Positions 27,505 to 36,512 of a DNA stretch of 64,000 bases are shown in pieces. Location of the stretch: contig JBBRWS010000002.1 of NCBI GenBank assembly GCA_038249055.1, positions 14,118 to 78,117 of the forward strand, read 5' to 3'. Position 1 is the first letter of the stretch; each line of letters opens with the position of its first letter. This DNA comes from Minisyncoccia bacterium. GTDB taxonomy: Bacteria; Patescibacteriota; Minisyncoccia; Phycocordibacterales; UBA9973. A model generated the notes under the pieces. The model did not search any database. It saw only the letters and a program-made list of their open reading frames with translations, and was not told the DNA's origin. The translations under genes and the position numbers were made by a program.

Positions 27505-27896
27505 GTGGAGATGGCGGGAATCGAACCCGCGTGCAAAGAGAACTCTTATAGAAATCTACATGTTTAGTATATCCAATTGGGTTTAAATGTTTATTCTAGA
27601 GGACATACAAGAAAAATAAACACCGAGCTTTTAATTGTCGGACTTTACATCAAGCGGTTGTAAAATCGTAACCAGATAAATTATGCCCACTCTTTATATC
27701 TGATGTCAAAAGAGTAGACACCCGCGAGGCCTAATTAGGCGAATGCGGGAGCAAAATTACCGAACCCAAAAGAGTAAGGTGATTTTACTGAAGCGACTTT
27801 GTTTGCACTTAGTCTTTTCCAAGAAGTTTTAAAAGATTCCTGAGTACTTTACATGCATATATAAGAGGATTCACCTTGTCGAAGCCGATCATCCCC
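27505..27896 (-). ncRNA. ssrA: tmRNA (SsrA)
   Basis: Minus-strand 5' end GGGGAUGAUCGGCUUCGACAAGG with a G3-U pair in the acceptor stem. 3' tRNA-like domain GCGGGUUCGAUUCCCGCCAUCUCCA. Candidate tag reading frame GCA AAC AAA GUC GCU UCA ... GCA UUC GCC UAA (ANKVASVKSPYSFGFGNFAPAFA). Adjacent to smpB. Confidence 0.8.
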
Positions 27897-27989
27897 CTAT
27901 GAAATTTTTAAGAAAAATTTCAATTAATAATTACTGATTACCAATGACTAATTAAGAATTCAAAATTAGTAATCAGTAATTGTTAATTA

Positions 27990-28436
27990 TTAATTAATTT
28001 TATACTCTCTTCTTATTTCTCTATCAACATCTCGTTTTTTGATAGTTTCTCTTTTATCAAAAACTTTTTTTCCTCTTGCGACTGCGACAGATACTTTAAT
28101 ATAACGACCCTTACTATACAATGAAATAGGGATAAGAGTCAAACCTTTGATATCGTCCTTCTCTGCTAGCTTCTTGATTTCTTTTTTAGACAAAAGAAGT
28201 CTTCTATTTCTATCTGGGTCATACCCAGGGTTGGTGTTATTTTGTTGGTATGGAGGTATATGCATTCCTATAATAAATGCTTCTCCTCCACGAATAACGC
28301 AAAAGGCTGCGGTGATACTTCCTTGCCCTTTCTTTATTGATTTCACTTCAAATCCAGAAAGTTCGATACCTGCTTCAAAGGTTTCTTCTATACTGTAATT
28401 GAAATGTGCTTTTCTATTATCTATATATGTTGTCAC
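27990..28436 (-). CDS. smpB: SsrA-binding protein SmpB
   Basis: FNYSIEETFEAGIELSGFEVKS...RRLLLSKKEI. Sits immediately 5' of ssrA on the same strand. Confidence 0.9.
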   Translation of the reverse strand: MTTYIDNRKAHFNYSIEETFEAGIELSGFEVKSIKKGQGSITAAFCVIRGGEAFIIGMHIPPYQQNNTNPGYDPDRNRRLLLSKKEIKKLAEKDDIKGLTLIPISLYSKGRYIKVSVAVARGKKVFDKRETIKKRDVDREIRREYKIN

Positions 28437-28465
28437 GTGTATATTCTAACATACTATTATAAAAT

Positions 28466-29041
28466 ATGGTTTTAGAAATAAAACAAATTGACTATTTATT
28501 CCAAAGTAGTAATCTAAAAGAAAAACTTAACACTTGTACTATGAATTTAGAAACAGTTATCACAACAAGTGGCAAAACCATTGAAGTTGATATTTCAGAT
28601 GATGTTTGTCTCAAGTATGGATTTATCCATGATGATATCGGAATCTCTTTTACGGGATTGGATATCAGAATAAAAGGTGTTGGCCCTGATAATAACGGAG
28701 AAAAAGTTTTGTACTATGAAGTTCTTGCTCCTAAACTCGAAGGAAAAGTTTGCTGTTTTGAAAAGAAAGGGAACTTGCTCGACCTAGGTTTCAAGTTCAG
28801 CCGGCATCTTTTTCCGATTGAAAAAAGGTTCAAAAAAATTCCTGAAATTTTAATAAGGGATTGGAGAATCGAAATGGCCAAAAGAAATGCGATAAAAATA
28901 ATTGTATTTTATTGCAGTGATGAATTTAATTTTTTTCCTCATTATCTTCTTCCAGATGAAGATGAAGAAAAAATTAAAAAAATAATATCCCACACGGCAC
29001 CATGTTCTAGCCAGGGAGAAATAATTGAGCTAATTAATTAG
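28466..29041 (+). CDS. hypothetical protein
   Basis: 191 aa, Cys-containing. A terminator GCCCGCAAA..CGTTTGCGGG + T-run follows at 29042-29085. Confidence 0.4.
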   Translation: MVLEIKQIDYLFQSSNLKEKLNTCTMNLETVITTSGKTIEVDISDDVCLKYGFIHDDIGISFTGLDIRIKGVGPDNNGEKVLYYEVLAPKLEGKVCCFEKKGNLLDLGFKFSRHLFPIEKRFKKIPEILIRDWRIEMAKRNAIKIIVFYCSDEFNFFPHYLLPDEDEEKIKKIISHTAPCSSQGEIIELIN

Positions 29042-29376
29042 CCCGCAAATGAAAGAGACCCTCTCGTTTGCGGGTTTTCTTTTATCTAATTTTATCCTTT
29101 ATTTTTATATATTCGTGTGCGTGCCCTGTAGTGAAATTTTATAGAAAAATAATATTAATAATAAAAATAAATTTAAAATTAATCTAAAAAGTCATAAATT
29201 ATCATGTTTGAAAAATTTCTACTACGGGGTATAATGCAAAGTACTATGGATCCCGTAGTAGAAAATGGCATAGTTATTAAAACGGGATATACATATATAG
29301 AAACATTTTTTTACTAAAAGATTATTAAAATTAAAATAATAAATGGCTAACAAATAATGCCATTTTTCACTACTGG

Positions 29377-31266
29377 ATGGATAATAATAAACAAGAAAAA
29401 AAGCCAATACAACCAAAAACACCAAACCTCATGAATCAAATCATGATAGCGATATTTATATTTATGTGTATTACAGTTGCTTATACATATTTATCAAAAT
29501 CACCAGAAGATATTAAAAATTTAACTATTTCAGATGTTGCAAAAGGTATTACCTCAGGAACAATTGAAAAGATAGAAGTCGCTGGAAGTGAAGTAAATGT
29601 TACTTTTAAAGATAAGACGATAGGTAAAGCAAAAAAAGAAGTGGAGAGCTCTTTGTCGGAAACTCTTTTTAATTACGGAGTAACACCAACAGAACTTTCA
29701 TCTGCTCCAATTGAGATTAAAAATGAATCTGGTATTTCATACTGGCTTTTAAACTTGTTGCCATTTCTTTTGCCTCTCATAATTATTGGATTTTTTGTGT
29801 GGATGCTGACTCGACAAGTTAAAGGTGCAGGAATGCAAGCATTTACTTTTGGACAATCAAAAGCACGAATCACAGACCCAAATGATAAAAATTCAAAAGT
29901 TACTTTTAAAGATGTTGCTGGTTCAAAAGAAGCAAAAGAAGAATTAAAAGAAATTGTAGACTTTCTAAAAAATCCTAAAAAGTTTTTGGATATTGGTGCT
30001 CGTATTCCGAAAGGAGTTATCTTGACTGGCGCTCCAGGAACAGGAAAAACTTTGCTTGCTCGTGCTGTAGCAGGGGAAGCATCAGTTCCATTTTTTCATT
30101 TATCAGGAAGTGAATTCGTGGAAATGTTTGTGGGAGTAGGAGCATCACGAGTTCGTGATTTATTTAAAATGGCTAAAAAAGCCGCACCATCAATAGTTTT
30201 TATTGATGAAATAGATGCAGTGGGGCGTGTTCGTGGCACTGGAGTTGGCGGAGGAAATGATGAACGTGAACAAACTCTAAACCAAATTCTAGTTGAAATG
30301 GATGGATTTGAACCAAATGAAAAAGTAATAGTTATGGCTGCAACAAATAGAGCAGATGTACTTGATCCAGCACTTCTTCGCCCTGGTCGTTTTGATCGAA
30401 AGATTATTTTGGATTTACCTGACAGATCAGACCGTGAAGAAATTCTTGTAATTCATTCAAAGAAAAAACCTTTTGCTGAAGATGTAGATTTGAAAGTTAT
30501 TGCAGAGAGAACACCAGGATTTTCTGGCGCAGATTTATATTCTCTTATGAATGAAGGGGCAATACTTGCAGCCCGTGAAGACAGAAAAAAGGTTGCACAG
30601 TTTGATTTGATACGCTCTATTGAAAAAGTAATGATGGGCCCAGAGAGAAAGAGTCATTTACTTTCAAAGAAAGAAAAAGAAATTACTGCATATCATGAAG
30701 CGGGGCATGCACTCATTGCATCAATACTTCCATACGCAGACCCAGTTCATAAAGTTTCAATTGTTTCTCGTGGGCGTGCAGGTGGTTACACGTTAAAACT
30801 TCCACTTGAAGAGAGAAGACTGCAAAGTAAAAAAGAATTTTTAGATGACATTACAATGTCTCTTGGAGGTTATGTTGCAGAAGAAATGGTTTTTGGAGAT
30901 ATTACTACAGGTCCATCAAATGACTTACAAGTTGCGACCAACTTAGCTCGCGCTATGGTTACGAGATGGGGAATGAGCACTGAGATAGGACCTATTGCAC
31001 TTGAGAGTGATGGCGGACATGTAATGTTTGGACAAGGTGTGAATGAAAAAGAATATTCTGAAAAAGTAAGTTCTCTTATTGATTCTGAAGTTTCAAAGAT
31101 TATGAATGGCTCATTTGCTGAAGCAAAGAAAATTCTTTTAGAGAAAAGAAATGTTCTTGATATAATTGCAAAGAAATTAATAGAAGTAGAAACCCTTGAG
31201 CAAGCTGAATACAATGCATTAATAATTGCCAATGGTATTTTACCGAAGAAGAAAGAAGTAGAATAA
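29377..31266 (+). CDS. ftsH: ATP-dependent zinc metalloprotease FtsH
   Basis: AAA+ Walker [18 protein letters not shown], Walker [10 protein letters not shown], and the zinc motif HEAGHAL. The true start may be an internal Met. Confidence 0.95.
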   Translation: MDNNKQEKKPIQPKTPNLMNQIMIAIFIFMCITVAYTYLSKSPEDIKNLTISDVAKGITSGTIEKIEVAGSEVNVTFKDKTIGKAKKEVESSLSETLFNYGVTPTELSSAPIEIKNESGISYWLLNLLPFLLPLIIIGFFVWMLTRQVKGAGMQAFTFGQSKARITDPNDKNSKVTFKDVAGSKEAKEELKEIVDFLKNPKKFLDIGARIPKGVILTGAPGTGKTLLARAVAGEASVPFFHLSGSEFVEMFVGVGASRVRDLFKMAKKAAPSIVFIDEIDAVGRVRGTGVGGGNDEREQTLNQILVEMDGFEPNEKVIVMAATNRADVLDPALLRPGRFDRKIILDLPDRSDREEILVIHSKKKPFAEDVDLKVIAERTPGFSGADLYSLMNEGAILAAREDRKKVAQFDLIRSIEKVMMGPERKSHLLSKKEKEITAYHEAGHALIASILPYADPVHKVSIVSRGRAGGYTLKLPLEERRLQSKKEFLDDITMSLGGYVAEEMVFGDITTGPSNDLQVATNLARAMVTRWGMSTEIGPIALESDGGHVMFGQGVNEKEYSEKVSSLIDSEVSKIMNGSFAEAKKILLEKRNVLDIIAKKLIEVETLEQAEYNALIIANGILPKKKEVE

Positions 31267-31310
31267 AAATAATTACTGATTATCAGTTACTAGTTAATAA
31301 TTTTAAATCA

Positions 31311-31343
31311 AACAACCCCGAAGCTTCGCTTCGGGGTTGTTTG
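31311..31343 (+). terminator. intrinsic terminator (AACCCCGAAGC..GCTTCGGGGTT)
   Basis: Long GC-rich stem + TTT. Confidence 0.7.
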
Positions 31344-31464
31344 CAAATATAGTGTTTTTTCTGTAATATATGAATACCAACATATCCGCCCTTAGCTGTC
31401 TTGGTTCCTAAACAGTGGGTTTGATTGGTAAAAGAAAATTTTATTGTATTGTGAGTTTAACCAT

Positions 31465-31538
31465 CCGCCCTTAGCTCAGTTGGTTAGAGCACAGAGCTTA
31501 TACCTCTGGGGTCCTAGGTTCGAATCCTAGAGGGCGGA
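31465..31538 (+). tRNA. tRNA-Ile (anticodon UAU)
   Basis: Folded manually. Acceptor CCGCCCU/AGGGCGG, D-arm GCUC..GAGC, anticodon stem CAGAG/CUCUG with loop CUUAUAC, T-arm CUAGG-UUCGAAU-CCUAG, discriminator A. Terminator CAGGGGTTACCCTG + T7 at 31544-31572. Confidence 0.8.
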
Positions 31539-31574
31539 CAATTAAAAAAATCAGGGGTTACCCTGGTTTTTTTA

Positions 31575-32000
31575 ATTGTCCGCCCTAGCAAGCAAACTAC
31601 TTTGCTTGCGTCTAGGATTCGAAGACCTTGAGCATGTATCATGAAATTTTAATTTCAGGATACGCGAAAGGTGTACAGAATCTGTAAGATTCGAAAAGCG
31701 TAATCGCGGTCCTAGAGGGCCAGAGCGTCTAGGATTCGAAAGACTTTTCATTATCAGCTTTGCTGATTGAAAAGTACCTGGCTACGTGGTAGCCGAAAAA
31801 TGTACTCATGGTCCTAGAGTATTATAAAAATAGAGGTTGGACGTCTCCCGTAGACGTACAACCTCTATTTTTATATGGTCCGCCCTAGCAAGCAAACTAC
31901 TTTGCTTGCGTCTAGGATTCGAAAACCTTTTCCTTGTGAGTGTACTCGCGAACGGAAAAGGTGTACTGGTCCAGTAAGGACCGAAAAGTGTACTCACGGT
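31575..32000. repeat. tRNA-Ile-adjacent repeat array: two copies of GTCCGCCCTAGCAAGCAAACTACTTTGCTTGCGTCTAGGATTCGAA plus GATTCGAAAGACTTTTC..GAAAAGT(G)TACTCAYGGTCCTAG modules
   Basis: Copies at 31575-31625 and 31868-31925. GGTCCTAGAG and GTCCGCCCT are inverted or partial copies of the tRNA 3' end (TCCTAGAGGGCGGAC). Confidence 0.7.
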
Positions 32001-32150
32001 CCTAGTGCATTTTATAAATTAGACTGCGAGGCGATTTAACCATTGACAATATGCATATAATTATGGTATAATAAAAATACAGTTTTATTACTTTGTATAT
32101 AAAGTATATAATCAAGGTAATTAAAAATTAATAATTAACTCATCTTATTT

Positions 32151-32468
32151 ATGAATGAAGAAACAAAAAATGGTTTAGATTTACAAATGTTTGTTGACCG
32201 TTTAGTTGAAGAGAAAAAATATCCAGCAAATTTAGAAAAGGAAGTTGTTGATCAGATAAAAAAAGATTTATTAAGCCAAGTAGAGGATGTAGTAAATATG
32301 GTTATCATTAGTAATCTCTCAGAAGAGAAGCTTGGAGAATTTAATGAATTACTAGATAAAGATATTTCAGATGCTGACATGCAAAAGTTTTGCTCAGATA
32401 GTATCCCTGGATTAGCTCAACTAATAGCAACAGAACTTATTGTTTTTAAACAAACATATCTTTCATAA
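32151..32468 (+). CDS. hypothetical small acidic protein
   Basis: 105 aa. Confidence 0.4.
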   Translation: MNEETKNGLDLQMFVDRLVEEKKYPANLEKEVVDQIKKDLLSQVEDVVNMVIISNLSEEKLGEFNELLDKDISDADMQKFCSDSIPGLAQLIATELIVFKQTYLS

Positions 32469-32501
32469 TTTTATTATTATTTATTAATTAAAATTTCAAA
32501 T

Positions 32502-35500
32502 ATGGATAATCCTCCTAAAAAAACTATAGATAACGAAAAGGACGAAAAGACCGATATGGTTGATACTGCTGATAAAACCGAGACATCAGTTAATACTGAA
32601 AAGACTGAAGACCAAATAAGAGAAGATATAAAAAAGAGTGCTTTAGAAAAAGCAAAAAAAACAGTTACAGTTGTAAATGTTGAAGAATTAGCCGAAAATG
32701 AAGCTCGTAAGGCTGCAGATGCAAACATGGCCGAGTCACATGGAAGCAAAAAAATTGGTTTTTTTAAAAAAATGTGGAAGCATACATTTTTTGATGAATA
32801 TTACAGACAAAAAGAAGTAAATAAAGTTCGTGAGGATATAAAAAATACAGGTAACATTTATACAGGAAGATTAGAAAATAAAGATAAAGTAGCTCACGAG
32901 ACTACAATGAAGGCGATTTCTGATCGCTTTACTTCCGAATATGAAGGGACACTTGCTGACGGAGAAGCTAAAAAAATGCTAGATGAAAAGGACCCAGAGA
33001 CTATACAAGCAAAAACTGACATAAAAAATTTACTTGATAGCTATGCTATGGGTAAAATAGATGATGAAGCTTTTAATACTGAAAAAAATAAAATTATAGG
33101 AGGTTTAAAGAAAGAAGATTTACTAGAAGGAGCAAATAATTATGCAGACAATCTTTTTGAGATTGCTCAAAATGCACGTCTAGCGGTAGAACACGGAGCA
33201 AAGATTGAAGAGTTAGAATACGACTTAGCGATTGTTGTAGGTAAAGCAAAAAGCAGTCTAAAAACAGAGGCTCATTTCAACTGGGTAGATCAAGGTATTG
33301 ATAAAATGAAAAAATCATACGTTGGTAGATTTATAAGCCCAGCCGTTCTATCTCTTGGTGTTGGTCTTGCTTATTCTATATCAGTTGGAGCAAGTAAAAA
33401 ATTAATGGCAAGTAAAGCAGCTGCATGGATATCACTAGGAGGTTCAGTTGCGATTTCTGCAGCATTTGCTGGAATGAACGAGAGTCAGCGTGTTGCACTT
33501 GAGAGAAAACAACATGGTATTGAAATGGCTGAAGGAGGTATTATTGAAGAAGGAGATAAACGTAGAGAGCAATTGGAAAAATATCAATATACAATGGAAA
33601 GTTCAAATGTTCTTGCTCAAAATTTGCGTGATTTAATGTTTGAAAAAGATAAAGATGGTAATGAAATAGTTAAAGATATTAAACCAGAAGATTTACAGAA
33701 AATCATGGCAAGTCTAAGTGAAATAGATGCACGTAAATCTCTTAACACAAGAAAGAAGATAGATCTTATTTCATATACAAATATTAGTAGTGTAGAAAAA
33801 GAAAGTACAGATCTTACTATTTTGACAGCCAGAGCTAAAGTGGAATTAAAGAAAAGACTTGATGGTGGTCTAAAAAGTGGATTACCAGAGGGTAAAGATT
33901 TTGATTCTTATTTGAAAGAACAAACTCAAACCATAGAAGATACTCTTCTTGGTGGTGAAAAAGGAATAAATTCTCATGATAAAGCTTTCAGAAGATACAA
34001 GGCAGGTCGTATTGCTAAAAAAATGGCACAAACTGCAGTCGCAGGTTTGATCATTGGAGGAACGATTCAAGAAGTATTTGCTTTCTTTAAAGATGATGTA
34101 CAGGGTCTTGCAGAAAGTATGTTCCATCAAGATGCTCATGCAACTATGCAGACACCCTTTGAAAGTATTAGAGGTTGGATTTTAGGCAATCCTTCTCATA
34201 TGGAAATGGGGAATGCGGTCCACGCTGTTTTCAATGGACATGATATAAATATTCCAGAAGGTACAAGTCTGGTTAATAATGCTGACGGAACTTTTGATTT
34301 ATTAAGAGGTGGTCATGTTGTAACAAGTCATTTTCTTCCAACATTTAATGCTGATGGTGGCTTAGATGCGGCTTCTGTTGCAAAATTAGGGCAAGATGGA
34401 ATTATTGCAACGGCTACTCATCAAATAATTGATTCTACAAAAGAAGTAACTGGTAATTCTCAAGAATGGTTATTGAATCATCCAGGAGAAACTATTAAAG
34501 TTGATCACAATGCATTTATGGATCAAAATACATCTATGACTCCCGACCAATTTCATCCTGGTCATTTAGTAGGAGCTGATGGTAATGAACCTCTTACTCA
34601 GTGGGGAGGTATAAATGGAACAGGTGTAAATGAAAATGGAGACACTGTAATGAATATTTCTCAAATGATAAAAGAGGGTTCATATCACGGAAATATTTCC
34701 GTGGATGTTCCAAAAGAATTAAATGATGGTAATTTGATGGCATTAATATTTCTTAATTCCACTCATGGTGCTGGTATACCAGTACCAATAGATGCAAGTG
34801 GAAATATTATTTTTGATCATAACAATCCGATAATGCAGCAAATATTTAGTCCTGGTCCTGATGGCCATATGGTGTCACATGCTAGAGTTATTGAAATTGT
34901 TCAAAAAATGGGGACAGATGCAAATGGAGTTGAGCATGTCCGTGCTCTTAGTGCTGTGGTTGGTGAAGGTCTAGATAAAATAAAAGATATTGTCCCTTCG
35001 CATCTTGATATTGCAATAAATAATTTAACTCCAACTCGAGGTACAGAAATGCCATTATTTGTCCCATTGGTTGCTCGCAGACCACTTGGAAAAATAATTT
35101 ATGGTCCAGATGGTAAACCAATTAAGCCAAGTCCTGAAGGTGACAAAGAGAAAAAATCTACTATTCAAACTGAAGGAGATAAAGATTTAAATACAATTCC
35201 AGGAGCTCCGATTGGAGGTGAAGAAAATAAAGATTTAAATACTGTAGCGGCTATTCCAGTAGGAGTAGGAGAGACAATTGAAAAACAAAAAACAATGAAT
35301 GAAATGAGCAAGGAGGAATACGACGCAATGTATGATGATTTAAAGATGATTAATTTGAGAATTCAATCAGCACAAGGAATTATTACCTTAGAAGAATCAG
35401 ATTTAAAATCCGCATACGGTAAAAAGAGATATATGGATTTAAAATCTATTGCTCCGGGTGTTCCTGTTCGTTTCAATAAAGATGAGCTAGAAATTATGGG

Positions 35501-36182
35501 TAAAGAAATTGAAGGTCTTTTAAGTAGTGCAAAAATAGTTGAAAAAGAAAAAGAGCTGACCGTAGAAGAAAAAGGAGGTATTAAATCAGACATAGAAATG
35601 TTAAATAAAGCGATTCAAAATTCACAAGGAATTATTGCTTTAAATGAGTCTTCATTTCAATCTGAATATGGAAAGAAAAGATATAGAGAACTTAAATCTA
35701 TTGCAGAAGGTAAGGGTATAACATTTAATAAAAATGAATTACCCCAAATAGCTACTGAAATGGAAGCCGTACTTCGAGGTCCCAGAAAAATAGAACAAAC
35801 AGAAGTTGTAAAAGCTCCAGAAGAAACTATTGTTGAAAAAGTAGTAGAACAAGCACCTTCAGAAAAAGTTGAAGAAAAAGTAGTAGAACAAACCGAAGTT
35901 AAAAAAGCTCCAGAGCAAGCACCTGCAGAAGAAGTTGCAAAAAATCTAGAAACAGAAAAATTATATAAGATTGAAGATTTATCAAAAATAGGAACAGTTT
36001 TTGAAGATAAAAACAATAGTTTTAAAGTTCTAGGGGTTACTAGTTTTTTAGGGATGAATAAAAAAATAAAAATTGAATACACTAATAAAATAACAGGAGA
36101 AAAGAAAACAGACTTCTATCCTAAGAAAGATTTAATAAAAGACTTTAATAATGGAGTTGTTAAGATAAAATCAGTAGAATAA
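32502..36182 (+). CDS. giant (1226 aa) hypothetical protein with central transmembrane segments, Glu/Lys-rich N-terminus, C-terminal ~60-aa tandem repeats and an EKVVEQ low-complexity tract
   Basis: Hydrophobic stretches (ISPAVLSLGVGLAYSISVGA, AAWISLGGSVAISAAFAG, AVAGLIIGGTIQEVFAFF). Repeats MINLRIQSAQGIITLEESDLKSAYGKKRYMDLKSIA / MLNKAIQNSQGIIALNESSFQSEYGKKRYRELKSIA. Confidence 0.6.
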   Translation: MDNPPKKTIDNEKDEKTDMVDTADKTETSVNTEKTEDQIREDIKKSALEKAKKTVTVVNVEELAENEARKAADANMAESHGSKKIGFFKKMWKHTFFDEYYRQKEVNKVREDIKNTGNIYTGRLENKDKVAHETTMKAISDRFTSEYEGTLADGEAKKMLDEKDPETIQAKTDIKNLLDSYAMGKIDDEAFNTEKNKIIGGLKKEDLLEGANNYADNLFEIAQNARLAVEHGAKIEELEYDLAIVVGKAKSSLKTEAHFNWVDQGIDKMKKSYVGRFISPAVLSLGVGLAYSISVGASKKLMASKAAAWISLGGSVAISAAFAGMNESQRVALERKQHGIEMAEGGIIEEGDKRREQLEKYQYTMESSNVLAQNLRDLMFEKDKDGNEIVKDIKPEDLQKIMASLSEIDARKSLNTRKKIDLISYTNISSVEKESTDLTILTARAKVELKKRLDGGLKSGLPEGKDFDSYLKEQTQTIEDTLLGGEKGINSHDKAFRRYKAGRIAKKMAQTAVAGLIIGGTIQEVFAFFKDDVQGLAESMFHQDAHATMQTPFESIRGWILGNPSHMEMGNAVHAVFNGHDINIPEGTSLVNNADGTFDLLRGGHVVTSHFLPTFNADGGLDAASVAKLGQDGIIATATHQIIDSTKEVTGNSQEWLLNHPGETIKVDHNAFMDQNTSMTPDQFHPGHLVGADGNEPLTQWGGINGTGVNENGDTVMNISQMIKEGSYHGNISVDVPKELNDGNLMALIFLNSTHGAGIPVPIDASGNIIFDHNNPIMQQIFSPGPDGHMVSHARVIEIVQKMGTDANGVEHVRALSAVVGEGLDKIKDIVPSHLDIAINNLTPTRGTEMPLFVPLVARRPLGKIIYGPDGKPIKPSPEGDKEKKSTIQTEGDKDLNTIPGAPIGGEENKDLNTVAAIPVGVGETIEKQKTMNEMSKEEYDAMYDDLKMINLRIQSAQGIITLEESDLKSAYGKKRYMDLKSIAPGVPVRFNKDELEIMGKEIEGLLSSAKIVEKEKELTVEEKGGIKSDIEMLNKAIQNSQGIIALNESSFQSEYGKKRYRELKSIAEGKGITFNKNELPQIATEMEAVLRGPRKIEQTEVVKAPEETIVEKVVEQAPSEKVEEKVVEQTEVKKAPEQAPAEEVAKNLETEKLYKIEDLSKIGTVFEDKNNSFKVLGVTSFLGMNKKIKIEYTNKITGEKKTDFYPKKDLIKDFNNGVVKIKSVE

Positions 36183-36201
36183 GAATAAATTAATAAAAAA
36201 T

Positions 36202-36274
36202 AAAAATAGAGGTTGGACGTCTCAATCAGTAAGTTGACTTACTGGGTAAGGGGGACGTACAACCTCTATTTTTG
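36202..36274. terminator. repeat-family hairpin/terminator (TAGAGGTTGGACGTC-TCAATCAGTAAGTTGACTTACTGGG-..GACGTACAACCTCTA) with flanking A/T runs
   Basis: Directly after the stop of the 1226-aa gene. Confidence 0.65.
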
Positions 36275-36336
36275 TTATCCAAATTATATTAATTGACAGT
36301 AAATATTGATTAAAGGTATCATGGGTATATAAATTA

Positions 36337-36498
36337 TGACACCACAAGAAAAAGCAAAAAAAATTGAAGAGATATATAACGAAGCTATTAAAAAGCTTGA
36401 AGAACTTAATAAGGAACGTAAAGGGATTGTAGTGAATTATATAAAAGAGCTTGAAGTTCAAAAAATAAATGCGATTCGGGCATCTATGGGATTATAAA
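36337..36498 (+). CDS. possible small protein (53 aa, MTPQEKAKKIEEIYNEAIKKLEEL...)
   Basis: Short ORF I found myself. It is below the track threshold and fills the gap before the 510-aa gene. Coordinates are within about 1 nt. Confidence 0.25.
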
Positions 36499-36512
36499 TT
36501 AATTAACTTATT

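Noticed and set aside
29222-29425. 67-aa minus-strand ORF upstream of ftsH
   Set aside because: It lies antisense across the ftsH start region and is AT-rich low-complexity. There is no support for it.
31806-31997. 63-aa ORF inside the tRNA-Ile repeat array (and likewise 41263..41499, 41269..41451, 41563..41775)
   Set aside because: These ORFs are made of repeat modules and tRNA-end copies. They have no RBS context and are low-complexity. They are artefacts of the repeats.
36222-36461. 79-aa minus-strand ORF between the 1226-aa and 510-aa genes
   Set aside because: It overlaps the repeat hairpin and is antisense to a better-supported 53-aa plus-strand ORF in a plus-strand gene run. I treat it as spurious.
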